Assembly: GCA_013239625.1 (NCBI GenBank) | Contig: MU054323.1 | Span: 10,881,186-10,945,185, forward strand | Reading direction: 5' to 3' | DNA length: 64,000 nt | DNA from: Lama guanicoe | Taxonomy: Eukaryota | Shown here: positions 51,750-63,976 of the stretch, in pieces | How positions within the stretch are numbered: the first letter of the stretch is position 1 | How the letters are laid out: each line of letters starts with the position of its first letter | Position numbers and translations under genes: made by a program | The notes under the pieces: model-generated | Database searches by the model: none | The model's input: the letters and a program-made list of their open reading frames with translations, nothing else | What the model was told of the DNA's origin: nothing

Positions 51750-52189
51750 AATGAATAAAACAGACAGCGTTGGTATTAATAATTAACCGTCTGAGTTGAC
51801 TTGACCTTCTAAGTAGACACAAAGAACTTAGGGCGACTGAGTGTAATTAAGAGAAATGTGACAAGAAAGTTCAGTTGTAACACAGGACATGTCATTTTAT
51901 ACTCCAAATCCCAGATAGGACCCTTCAAGGTTGTGTAGTTCATGTCAGTACTGTTGTGCTACTCTCCTCTGAACTCTCATTATATGCTCTCAATGTATAT
52001 GCATTATCTCATTTAATCCTCACAAGCCTATTATCCTTCCTTTATTCTACATATGAAAAATACTGAGTCTCAGAAGGTAACTTGTCTATTGTCAGAGATG
52101 GTGATGGAGTGGTGGAGCCAGAGCTGAACTCCTAACCACCATGCCACTATCTCTCAGCTTCCAAGTTTGATAGCAGAATTACAGCTGTT

Positions 52190-52720
52190 ATCACTTAGCA
52201 TGCATTGTGTTATGAATATTAATAAAATCCAAATCAAACTGACTTAAACATGAAGGAAATCTATCAATTCATACAAAGAAGCACAATGTAGAGCTGTCTT
52301 CCGTGCAGTTTAATTCAGAATTGTGTTCCATTTCTCAGGTTTCAACCTTATTCATGTACATGCTTTATCTCTGACCAAAGCAAAGTGATTACAGTGATTC
52401 CAACACAATATTTATGTTCTCCATCATCCACAGAGACACGAAACTTCTCTTCTCCAAAATGGAGCAGACTAATAATCTTCACTCTGATTTGAACCAACCT
52501 GAAAGAATCAGAGTGGCCAAGGTATGTCCATGCAGTAATTATAATTAGCTTAGGCCTGGGTTATCACTTGGCCTTAGACCAACACCCAGGCAAGGAAGAT
52601 GAGATTACATTGACTGGCTGAAGGTGAAGCAATCCCCATCTCAGCCACAGAAAGGAAACTGTGTTATTAAAAAGATGGGGGAGGCAGCAGCAGATGTTGG
52701 GTGAGCAACCAACATATATA
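52190..52720 (-). mobile_element. Old MaLR LTR (MLT1K/L-like)
   Basis: aaatccaaatcaaactgacttaaac...cactctgatt...atcagagtggccaagg...gatgttgggtgagcaacc. Confidence 0.6.
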
Positions 52721-53839
52721 CAGTACAAAATCCAAACCACTATCCTTCCCGCTAATTTGTCAGAACACTTTTTTGAGTAGTGACAACCAACCATCCTTTC
52801 TCATTCCTCTGAGCCAGCTGTGGCCTTGCCACTCTACAACCATCCTCCCTTCTAATCACTCAACAGTCCATAAACAAGCAGCAGGCACCTAACTCTGTAC
52901 AAACACCAGTGGATTGACATTCAAAGACAAATATGATTCTTGTCCTCAGAGGACTTGCAGGCTGGTTAAACTGGAAATTGACCACAAGGAGTGCAGAGGG
53001 GAAGAGAAGGAAATAGCTGAGAGGAGGATGGATGTGCATGTGTGCAATAGACAGCTGGAGTCTCATAAACCTGAACTTTTTCTTCTAGAGGGGAATCAAC
53101 CCGAAGCATTGAACCTTCTTTCAGAGCTCACTTTATTTTTTTCACTGCTTTCTTTTGAACTAGTTCCCTCTTCTTTTCTCAGACGTTAAGTCCTACAGCA
53201 ATGCAGTGCTCAGGAGGTCTCCTGATTCACACTGAGTCTAATCCCACCCCTTTCTCCCCTTAGTACATTTTCCATTTATGTGTGCTTGACTTGTTTTTCA
53301 ATCTCCTTTAATTGCAGACACTGGGGAGAGGTTGTGTTTAAATATTCTTTTTTGCAGCCAGCCCAGACCATAGCTGTTATTCAATACATGTCTATTAACA
53401 GTAGTAACTATGTTGATAAATGATTTCAATCCCTGGAGCCATTAATCAAATGCTTTTTGACCAATTCTAACTTTGTTTTATTCTAAAACATTTACAGTTC
53501 TTGATCATTGGCAAGTTGCTTGGTTGCTTATTTTCTACACACTGGCACAATGATATTAAGGAGCTGAGCCTCTTTCTTCTTCTAATCATTCTACAGATTC
53601 TTCAGTTCTAGGAGCTTGGCGCATTCACTAAACCTCATGAGGTTAGGAGAAGTAGGCTTTACTACCCACATTTTTATGGATGTAAATAAAAACAATGTAC
53701 AAAATTAGGCTGCATCTTACCCAAGCAGAACAAAGACTATAATGTCAGTTACCAGAAAGCCTTACCTACCCTTAGTGTCTTCTTCCTCAGGAACAGGGCT
53801 GAGTTGTAGCTAAATACACTGCAGACAGTTAGAAGGAAT

Positions 53840-54060
53840 CAGGTATTTACTGAGCACTTGCTGTGTGTCACATACTTCATTACATGTTTTCACGTGAACC
53901 ATATCATTTATTCCTCACAATGGTCTTAGAAGGACACTTATATTTTCTTAGACAAAGAGAGTAAGATTCAGAATTATTTAACTTACTTGCACACAGCTAA
54001 TACCTGATAGAGCTATAATGCAAATCCTAATCTCACTCCAACCTCCGTCTTTTGCTCTGT
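53840..54060 (-). mobile_element. MIR SINE
   Basis: tatttactgagcacttgctgtgtgtca...atcatttattcctcacaa...aacttacttgc. Confidence 0.7.
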
Positions 54061-54704
54061 ACTTTGGTATCTCCCAATGTCAACAAACCACTGAATTTGA
54101 AAATGTTTAGAAAATGGCATCTGAGGGCTGATGGAGATGAGCAGCCCTCATAGCCTGAGCACATCATCTTGCCATAATGTTCTCTGTTAACAGTTTGATG
54201 ATGGTCATGAGTATAGCTGGGGAAGTTGACTGGGTTCTAATCCCATCTCTGCTGTGAACAGGCTGAGTAGTCTTGAACAATTCCACTTCTCTAAATATGT
54301 CCATAAATATTTTTAAATAGCTAGCTGGATGGTCATATTAGTGAATGCTCCAATGAGAGAGCTGTTGGTGACTTTGGCTCTCTCTGCTCCTTGACAATCC
54401 TAAAAGACCCTTGGAAGTTTGATCATAACTTGATGGGCAACTAGGAAATTAAGAGTTGTACCTGCAACTACACTGGTAGGAAGACTGGAGCTCAGGGTTA
54501 GGGCTTAGGGACTCATGTCCATTCTGGACTCTACAATGGGACCTGGGATACCAAAACCTCCAAGAACTGATCTGACTCCCATGCCCCCAAGGTGCTGATC
54601 CAGGCCAAATAAATCAGCCTTAGGACCATGTACCATTCAGGGAAGAACACTGACAATCACTTTCTAATTAAGTCATTTACTGAGACTATAAGAATGTTTT
54701 ACTC

Positions 54705-55270
54705 TCCTTCCTACACTGTTGGTGGGAATGTAAATTGGTGCAACCACTATGAAGGGCAGTATGGAGGTTCCTTAAAAAACTGAAAATAAAGTTACCATAT
54801 GATCCAACAATCCCACTCCTGGGCATATTTCCAGAGAAAAATATAATTCAAAAAGACACATGCACCCCAATGATCATAGCAGTACTATTTACACCAAGAC
54901 ATGGAATCAACCCAAATGTCCATTGACAGATGACTGGATAAAGAAGATGTGGTGTATATATATATACACATATATATATATACAATGTGTATATATATAT
55001 ATACACATATATATATATACAATGGAACACTATTCAACTATAAAAAAGAATAAAATAATACCATTTGCAGCAAGATGGATGGACCTGGAGATCGTCATTC
55101 TAAGTGAAGTAAGCCAGAAAAAAAGTAAAATGATGTCGCTTACATGTGGAATCTAAAAAAAAGGACACAAATGAACTTAACTTACAAAACAGAAACAGAC
55201 GCACAGACAGAGAACAAACTTATGGTTACCAGGGGGTAAACGGAGTGGGAAGGGATAAACTGGGAATTCT
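54705..55270 (+). mobile_element. Lineage-specific LINE-1 3' fragment with internal (TA)-rich expansion
   Basis: ORF2 end (KCPLTDDWIKKMW...MDLEIVILSEVSQ) followed by the standard gaactt...caaaacagaaacagac UTR. Confidence 0.93.
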
Positions 55271-55279
55271 AAAACTGCA

Positions 55280-55435
55280 CCTCTTGGGGAGTGATGGAAA
55301 TGTTAGGTATCTTGATTGTGGTGGTGGCTTCATGAGTGTACATATCTATCAAAATCCATCAAATTGTGTATCTGAAATATGTGTAGTTTACTATGCAGGA
55401 ACCACACCACAATAAAGGTCTTTAAAAAAAAAAAG
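55280..55435 (+). mobile_element. Old L1M 3' end
   Basis: ggggagtgatggaaatgtt...tatcttgattgtggtggtgg...caataaa plus poly-A. Confidence 0.8.
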
Positions 55436-56237
55436 TTCAGACTTCATCAGCTGTTGCCAGTCCAAACACAATGGTATAAAAGCATAAAATTTAGAGCATC
55501 TGCATGCAATAGAGGAGAGAACAGACAAAAAGTTCACACGGCTGCTCTGTGCTGGCTTTCCTTGGCTGGTCCCTAACAACACCCCGAAAAATCAAGCTTC
55601 ATATGAATAACAGGCTACAAATGAAAGCATAGGACAGAGTGGGTAAAACAGAAATCCCTTAGGCAAGGAAAGGATGAAAAGGGGAAAACAAAAGCAAATA
55701 TAAGATTTTGACACATGCCAGAAATTCACCTTCCCATGAAGAGGCCAAGGGGATTCTTGAGCATCAGAATGTATAAGCAAAAAGCATTAGATTTGGAAAC
55801 ATGAGACAAAGCTCAAGGATGGCTCTATAGTGACCCCTGGGTAACTTCAGAGATGTCATTCACCTTCCTTGCAACTTCCTTTCCCATCTGTAAAATACAG
55901 ATAACAGATCTATCCCATCTACTTCACTAAGTTACTCTAAGAGTTCAATGAGATAAACCAGAACAAGAAGGGCAGGTTTCTGCATCCCACGTGGGTTTCA
56001 GAATGCTCTACGCGTCATTTTAATTATTCTTTCTCCACAGAACATCATAATTTGTATGTGAATATGCTTACTTTCCTACTTGCACTTTGTTTGGAGGGGG
56101 AGTAAATCAATTAACATTTATTGAGAACCTATCAAATGCAAAGTTTGTAGATGAATACAAAAGAGTGTGAAAACACTCTCAACCACTTTAGAAAATGGAA
56201 ATATCCATCCACCAATTGTAAAGCCAGTTTGAAACTT

Positions 56238-56750
56238 TGGTAGGTAGAATAATGGTCCCCAAAGATGTTTATGTCTTAATCCCCAGAACCTGTGATATGT
56301 AAGGATATAGAGCAAAAGAGAATTAAAGTTGCAGATGGAATTAAGGTTGCTAATTAGCTGACTCTGAAATGGGAACTTCAGCCTGGATTTTACTACAGGT
56401 GGTCCCAATCAAATTACAAAAGCCCTTATTAAGTTGAAGAGGGAAGCATAAAAGGGAGAACCAGAGAGACAGCAGCATGAGAAAGACTTAGCCCAATGTT
56501 GCTGGCTTTGAAGAGAAAAGAATGCATCCATGAGCCAAGGAATGTGGGCTGGAGTGAGAAGGTAGAAAAAAGACAAGAAAACAGATTCTCTTCTAGAGCC
56601 TCCAGAAGGAATGCAGTCTCCCTGAATTCTTGATTTTAGCTTAGGGAGACCCATCTTGGACTTCTGACCTCCAGGAATCAAGATAATAAATTGGTGTTTT
56701 AAGCCACTGTTTTTGATAGTTTGTTACAGCAGCCACAGGAAACTAACATA
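56238..56750 (+). mobile_element. ERVL-MaLR solo LTR (MLT1D-like)
   Basis: ggtaggtagaataatggtccccaaagatg...gcagatggaattaaggttgctaat...ctagagcctccagaagg...ttgttacagcagccacaggaaactaa. Confidence 0.9.
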
Positions 56751-56836
56751 AGAATTAACTTTGTTCGTTTTTTAATTTGGAAGGACAGTTCTTCTGACTA
56801 TCTTGCACTTATTTGCAAGTAAACCTCTTTTATTTT

Positions 56837-57555
56837 AATTTAAAAAAAAATTTTAATTGAAGTATATCAATTTACAATGTTGAGTTAGTTTCTGATGTTC
56901 AGCATAGTTATTCAGTTATACATATATCTATATATTTCTTTTCCTATTTTTTTCATTATAGGTTATAAGATATTGAATATAGTTCCCTGTGCTATACATT
57001 AGGACCTTATAGTTTATCTATATTATATATATAGTAGTTAGTATTTGCAAATCTCACACTTCCATTTTATCCCTTCCCACTCCCTTTCCCCACTGATAAC
57101 AGTAAGTTTGTTTTCTATGTCTGTGAGTCTGTTTGTTTTGTAAATAAGTTCACCTGTGTCATTTTTTTAGATTCTACATGTAAGTGATATCATATGGCAT
57201 TTTTATTTCTCTTCCTGGCTTACTTCACTTAGTATAATAATCTCTAGTTCCATCCATGTTGCTGCAAATGGCATTATTTCATTTTTAATTGCTAAGCAGT
57301 ATTCCATTGTATATAGACACCACAACTTCTTTATCCAATCATCTGTCAATGGACATTTAGGTTGCTTCCATGTCTTGGCTATTGTAAATAGTGCTGCTGT
57401 GAACATTGGGGTGCATGTATATTTTTTGAAATAGAGCTTCCTGCAGATATATGCCCAGGAGTGGGATTGCTGGATCATAGGGTAAGTCTATTTTTAGTTT
57501 TTTAAGGACTCTCTAGGCTGTTTTCCATAATGGCTGCACCAAACTACATTCCCAC
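56837..57555 (-). mobile_element. Lineage-specific LINE-1 3' end (non-inverted arm)
   Basis: Minus ORF CTPMFTAALFTIAKTWKQPKCPLTDDWIKKLW plus the full 3' UTR running to a T-rich tail. Confidence 0.95.
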
Positions 57556-58568
57556 ATCATACACAAAAAAACCCTCAAAATGGCTTAAGACTCAAACATA
57601 AGACAAGACACCATAAACCTCCTAGAAGAGAACAAAGGCAAAACACTCTCTGATACAAGTCATGGCAGTGTTCTCCTAGGGCAATCTACAAAGTCAAGAG
57701 AAATAAAAGCAAAAATAAACAAATGGGACCTAATTAAACTTACAAGCTTTTGAACAGCCAATGAAACTATAAATAAAACGAGAAGACAACCTACTCAATG
57801 GGAGAAAATACTTGCAAATGATGTGACTGACAAGGGCTTAATTTCCAGAATATACAAACAGCTGACACAACTCAATAACAAAAAAATAAGCAACCCAATC
57901 CAAAAAATGGGCAGAAAAATCTAAACAAACATTTCTCCAATGAAGACGTACAAATGGCACATGAAAAAATGGTCACTACTGCTAATGCTTAGAGAAATGC
58001 AAATCAAAACTACAATGAGGTCTCACCTCACATGAGGCATAAGGGCCATCATTAAAAAATACAACCAATAAATCCTGGAGAGGGTGTGGAGAAAAGGGAA
58101 CCCTCCTACACTGCTGTTGGGAATGTAGTTTGGTGCAGCCAAAAAACAGCATGGAAAACAACTCTCTTCTGTATAGCACAGGGAACTATATTCACTATCT
58201 TGTAGTAACCTATAATGAAAAAGAATATAAAAAGGAATATATGTATGTACATGTATGACTGAAACACTATGCTGTACACTAATAATTAACACAACACTCT
58301 AAACTGACTATACTTCAAGAAAAAAAGAATATGAAAAGAAATATATATGTATAACTGAATAACTATGCTATATGCCAGAAATTAACACAACATTGTAAAC
58401 CAACTACATTTCAGTTTTTTAAAAGATGCTCAATATTGCTAATAATCAGAGAAATGCAAATCAAAACTACAATGATATTATCACCTCACACTGGTCAAAA
58501 GAGCCATCATTAGAAAGTCCACAAATGATAAATGCTGGAGAGGGCGTGGAGAAAAGGGAACCCTCCTA
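57556..58568 (+). mobile_element. Inverted L1 ORF2 arm with a nested L1 piece carrying a doubled 3' tail
   Basis: Sense ORF2 sequence (aaatgggacctaattaaact...gggaaccctcctacact), then two tandem 3' termini (58165-58420), then a second copy of the gaaatgcaaatcaaaac...ccctcctac block. Confidence 0.85.
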
Positions 58569-58669
58569 CTCTTTTCATTTCTAAATATTTTTATTTCCGC
58601 ATCTTCCTTGATAGCCACCATGTAAGAATTAATTTTCTACCAATGAAATGGTAGCTAGAATATGCGATA

Positions 58670-58980
58670 AAATGTTCCAGTCATTCATTAGAGATTATTC
58701 CACAATTTAAAGATACAAAACAAGCATTTATTATGCTCATGAATTCTGTGGGTCAGGATTTCAGACAAGGCAAAGTGGGGATGGTTTGCCTCTGCTCATG
58801 GTATCTGGGTCCTCAGCTGGAAGATTAGAAGGCTGAGGGTGTCTTGACATCAGGAGGCTAGAATTACTCATATGTCTGGTAGTTGATGCTGTTATCTGGG
58901 ACATTAGCTGGCATTATTGTTTGGAATAGCATCATATGATGTCTCTATTTAGCTGAGACTGCCTTACAATATGGTGACTT
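58670..58980 (-). mobile_element. MaLR LTR fragment (MLT1G/H-like)
   Basis: aagcatttattatgctcatgaattctgtgggtcagga...tctgctc...cctcagctgg. Confidence 0.7.
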
Positions 58981-60330
58981 TTCCAGAATGTCATGTAGTA
59001 GGAATCATACAGTAATACAGCCCTCTCAGACTGGCTTCTTTCACTAAGAAAATGCATTTAAGTTTCCTCCATGTCTTTTCTTGGCCAGAGAGCTCATTTC
59101 TTTTCATCACCAAATAGTATTTTGTTGTATGAATATACCACTACTTGTTTATCCATTCACCTTTTGAAGGACATCTTGGTTGCTTCCAGTTTGGAGCAAT
59201 TATGAATAAAGCTGCTATGAACATTCACTGGTAGGTTTTCATGTGAACATAAGAGTTCAACTCATTTTAGTAAATATCTAGGAGCATAATTACTGAATCA
59301 TATGGTAAGACTCTGTTTAGCTTTGAAATAAACTGCCAAACTGTAGCGTTTTGCATTTTCACCAGCAATAAACAGGAGCTCCTGTTGTTCCTCTCAGCAT
59401 TCAATGTTGTCAGTTTTTTTGGATTTTACCCATTCTAATAGGTGTGTAGTGATATCTCATTGTTGTTTTAATTTTTAATACCCTGATAACATCTGACTTT
59501 GGGCATCTTTTCACATATTTTCCTTAAGTGTATCTTCTTTACTGAGATGTTTCTTCAAATCTTTTGCCCATTTTCTAATTGGGTTGTTTGTTTTCTTACT
59601 GTTGAGTTTGAAGAGTTCTTTGCATATTTTGGACTCAAGTCTTTTATCAGATATGTGTTTTGCAGACATTTTTTCCATCATTATCTCTACTTCTTACTCT
59701 CTTTACAGTGTCTTTTACAAACCAGGAGTTTTAAGTTTTAGTAAACTCCAGTTTATCAATTATTTTCTTACATGGATTCTACTTTTGGTGTTGTATTAAA
59801 AAGTTATCACCAAACCCAAGGCCACTAGATTTTCTCCTTTGTTACCTTCTGTAAGCTTTATATTTTACATTTAGGCCTATGATCCATTTTGAATGAACTT
59901 TTGTGTAAGGTGTAAGGTCAGTGTCAATATTCAATTTTTTTGTATGTGAATGTTTAGTTGTTCAAGCATCATTAGTTGAAAATACAATTCTTTCTCCACT
60001 GAACTGCCTTTACTCTTTGTCAAAGATGAGTTAACTGTATTTGTGTGAGTCTATTTCTGGGCTATTTTTTCGATTGATCTATTTGTCTATTTTTTCATGA
60101 ATACCATACTGTCTTGATTACTGACAGCTAAAGTCAGATAGTACCAGTTCTCCAACTTTGTTCTTCTTTAGTATTGTGTTGTCTATCCTGAGTCTCTATG
60201 CCCTTCCATATAAACTTCAGGATCAGTTTGTTGATATCCATAAAATAACGTGCTGAGATTTTGACTGGGATTGCATTGAGCCTATAGATTAAATTTGGGA
60301 AAATTGCTATCTTAACAACATTGAGTCACT
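58980..60330 (-). mobile_element. L1MC-type LINE-1 3' region
   Basis: ttccagaatgtcat...tcagactggcttctttcact...gaaggacatcttggttgcttcca...atcagtttgttgatatcca. Confidence 0.88.
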
Positions 60331-60489
60331 TTTGAAAAATACAATCTGCCACACTCCATGAGGGCAGGGATGTTTTGCCTATTTTGTACTGTTATATCCC
60401 CAAAACCGAGAAAAGCATTTAGCAGACAATAGGTGTTCAATAAATATTTTTATTGCATGAATAAGTCTTTCTAATAGAATGCCCAACCA

Positions 60490-62110
60490 TGCATTCTACA
60501 TCTTTTAAATCATCACCCTGCCCTAGGCTCTGGGCCAAACTTAGGCGTGGTGGTCCCTATATTCATTTGGACTTCTCTGGGCCCATTTGATGGAAGCTGG
60601 AGCCTCGGGCTACAACCCCTTTCTTTACGGAGCACAGCACGGGAGGTAGCTGTCATATACACACTCAGCCCACCTCTTCTTAGCCATGGTTTCATCAAAT
60701 AAAGTACAGGCCTCTTCCTCTCTCCAGTGGTCTACCTTCTGTTTTAAAGATTGCCCCAGCTCGAAAGATTGCCAGTAAAATCATCCATGGACATCTGCTC
60801 TATACCCATCATGACTCAGAGTTTCTTTTTACTGGGGATTCTGGTGATATCAGTCTCTGATGTCTCTCTATCCCAGAGTGGGGTTAAATTTTGTTTGTTT
60901 TAAAAAATAAAACCAGAGATAGGGCCTTAAATTTCTCCTTCTGTGGGTCGAAAATGTCTTTGTATCCTCTTGGGAATTTCAGAGAGATTAATATCATTCG
61001 TATAATCTAACAAAGCTACATTTGTGTTATCTTCCTTCCAAACATTGTGTAAGCCACTCTGTTTCGACCCAGAGGTTTAAAGCATTCTAAACTACTCTTT
61101 CAAACTCAGTTTTATCACTAGCGCATGGTGTTTTCCAAATCAGCTGTGATTTCTGAGAGTTCACACTCATCTCTATCTACCAGTTTTCCAACAGAGAAAG
61201 AACCATTTCCTCAAAACCAGTCTGTCCCACTGCTAGGGCAGTAATCAATCTGTGGTACAGATGTGTTCTGTCATGGAATTCTTAGTAGGCCTAGATGAAA
61301 TTCCCATGTGTAGCAGGTATGAATTTTATCCCACAAAATGGAACATAAGAAATTTCATGATACTTTTATCTCCTAAAATAAAATTTAATCTTTTCTGAGC
61401 CCCCATCCCATTGGATTGGTAGGAAATTTAACTGTAGTCATTATTATGGCATAGTTTCCTCACCTAGGATTGGAAAAGTTCCCAGGGATCTGGCATAGTG
61501 TGTATCATTCAGTAATGGCTCTATGGTCCATGGTCCATCACTTAAATATGGTCATTGTCCAAGCCCAGAAAATTTCACAAAAGTGAGCATTTCCTTTGTC
61601 CTAGGCTCATGGCCAAGGCTGAATGTCCAGAGTGCCACATCCAACCTATCTGGGTGCCCAGAGGAGTCACTCTCCTGAGATCCTGCCACCTCCTCACAGT
61701 ACCTTCCCCAGTTACGCACTGGTGCCTCCTATCCGATGACCCTAAGAACTTTTCTTTCCCTCCTGGTCTTACGGGATGTTCTAAAATCCTCTTTCTCCTC
61801 TGACAGTTTCAACATCTTGAGCCTCTTGGAGGCCAAGCACTTGCCTCCACCTTCTTCCCTTCTCTTAAAGCTCAGCTCATTCCCGTCTGAAGCACAAACT
61901 CTGGCAAAACAAGAGCCAGGAGAATCCCTGTCATCTGTGGGGACTGGGAACTTCTGTTTCCTGCAGAAGCTCTGGAATGAGGTAACAGAGACTTTGGTGG
62001 GGTATAGCTTTAATAACAAAGCCCCAATTGCCATTTCAGTAATGATGCTCCACCATTAGTGTAATTATGGTGAAGAAACTCTTCACTAAGAGTTCTTATT
62101 CCTGTACTTC
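60490..62110 (-). mobile_element. Ty3/Gypsy LTR-retrotransposon relic (MamGyp-like): putative LTR 3' end, PBS, leader and gag
   Basis: Minus strand reads ...TTACA ctaa TGGTGGAG (62064-62048), then ~840 nt of leader, then a PNMA-like gag. Outer limits are uncertain. Confidence 0.6.
60660..61206 (-). pseudogene. Decayed PNMA-like Gypsy gag, N-terminal region
   Basis: Manual translation from the ATG at 61206: MVLSLLENW*IEMSVNSQKSQLIWKTPCASDKTEFERVV*NA / KPLGRNRVAYTMF / WKEDNTNVALLDYTNDINLSEIPKRIQ, with 2 stops and 2 frameshifts. Colinear with the PNMA1/2 N-terminus as I recall it; similarity is weak below ~60900. Confidence 0.8.
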
Positions 62111-62301
62111 CTGAAGTAAATTTGAAGGCCCAAAGTAAAGGCCTAAAGTAAAAGGCCCTCCAGCTACCTGTAATCTGAAACATCACACCTTCCTCTGACC
62201 ATCAGCATGTTGTCTTCAGTTTACCTTTGATGAGAAGTGATTTGGCTGGAACTCTCTCTCCTACTAGACTGTGTGTTTCTTAAGGACAAGGCCTGAGTTT
62301 T

Positions 62302-62690
62302 TGTAACAGATCCCAACAGGAAACGGATAGCATGTTGAAATTAGATAATGCAAAGAGGGCTTATTTACCAAGGGACTAATTTACAAAGGTATGGGAAAGA
62401 TATAGAGAACCTCAAAGGACAGTGTGGGAATCCAGAGCTAGCAGAAACCCACAGGTATGAGAGAGGGTCAGATAAACAGATTCCAGGAGGAAAGAGTGGG
62501 GTCAAGTTGCTAACTAGGCCAGGGTAACCACAGGAAAGGAGTCATGGAATGCCAATACCCTGGCTTCACTCTCTTTCACTAACTGGGTTCTCTGTTGGCT
62601 AAAACCAATCAGAAACCAGAGAGAATGTATACCGTTAATGCAATCTATACATTACATATACATCTAATCTATACATCTTGGAGCAAAGAA
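62302..62690. mobile_element. Old ERVL/MaLR-type solo LTR (family uncertain)
   Basis: tgtaacagatcccaacaggaaacggatagc...ttggctaaaaccaatcagaaaccagag motifs; sits in L2 debris. Confidence 0.55.
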
Positions 62691-62899
62691 TGAGATGGCT
62701 TCTTTGGGCTCTGTATATTGTGAGTAGTTTTTCTCTCAGTTAGGATCAACTCTAGTCTGTGCCCTCAAAGAGTCTTAGAGTGTAGTAATAGAGAAGAAAC
62801 CCAAACCCAGGTGTCTTCACCACAAGCCCACAGTTTGCTCCATTCCCCTTTGCTGTACTGAATCCCCCTGGTGATTCTGAATCCTACAGATATTTAATA

Positions 62900-63520
62900 T
62901 TTAGTCTGAGATGTGTAATCCATCTCTTGATTATAAGGTGTTTTGCAATTCACATAAGCTATGTTATTATCCCTAACTCAACTGTAAGCTCTGTGAGGGT
63001 AAGACGTGCTTCTTGTACCTTCCTTGTATTTCTTACAGCTCTGAAAATAACACACTGCCCATAGTGGGTACTTGATACTTGTCAAATGAGTTAGCCATTG
63101 GAGGGATCTTGGGATCTTCAAACAGATTTAAGCTCCAGGAGTAGGGAAGGCACATTTTTTAAATGACAGCCACACCCTGTTCCTATAGGGATTCTCAGGA
63201 AAAGAACTACCTAGATTCAAGTGTAACTTCCAACCTCCCTTCTTCCTTACCCCCAGTGATTAAAGTCCCAGAGGCAGTCCCAGACATGCCCCAAGGACCG
63301 AAAGCTGATGCAGGGGCATGGAGTCATTTATTCATTTAATCATTCAATTAACAAATAATTATTGAGGATCTCCTAGGTTCCAGGCACTGAACTAAGTATT
63401 GGACATACAGTAGCATATAAGATAGGTATTAGACATATGAACTTGCAAATTAATGTAAAACTTAAAAGTGTGTTAAGTGCAGTAAATATTTTTAAACAAA
63501 AGAAAGAAAGAATGGCTTAA
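62900..63520. mobile_element. L2 3' fragments
   Basis: actgtaagctctgtgagggtaagac and tcatttattcatttaatcattcaattaacaaata...ccaggcactg. Confidence 0.7.
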
Positions 63521-63544
63521 GAGACTAGCAGAGACATGGCTAAT

Positions 63545-63976
63545 GGTGGTCAGTGCCTTGCCCACACCCTTAGCTTACCCTAGAGGTCACTACACACGGT
63601 TTTTTCTCTTGTGGATGGCTTTCTGCATTGTCTCTCCGCTTCAGAGCATTTTCTGGCCTCCAGTCTGCTCTGGGAGTTAGTGCCCCAGAAGCATCCCTTA
63701 CCTAGGGAAAGCTGGATAAATATGCTGACTTCTTCACCCTTTCGGGACAATTCTGAGGCAGGTTGCACACAGGCTCTCTCAGGCCTGGGAACAGAACCCC
63801 AGGTTCCACAGTAGTGACTTCCTCATTACCCTACACTTGATTGACTTTGTTCCCTTCCCTCTATCACTTTCTCAATCCCCTACTGGTCCTTCCTGAAGCT
63901 GCCACCCAAATAAATAACTTGCATCCATATTTTTCTCTCAGGGTTTCCTACTAGGGGACCCAAAAATAAGCCTACA
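63545..63976 (+). mobile_element. ERVL solo LTR (LTR16-like)
   Basis: gggacaattctgaggc...cccttccctctatcactt...cccaaataaataacttgcatcc...ctcagggttt...ggggaccc. Confidence 0.8.

Noticed and set aside
61729..62059. Overlapping 101-aa (minus) and 107-aa (plus) ORFs upstream of the PNMA-like gag
   Set aside because: No recognisable domain, and the adjacent gag is heavily decayed. ORFs of this length occur by chance throughout the window. Treated as leader sequence.
60490..62110. Non-retroviral endogenous viral element (e.g. bornavirus N or L)
   Set aside because: No match to recalled bornavirus motifs; the PNMA/Gypsy gag alignment explains the coding-like signal.
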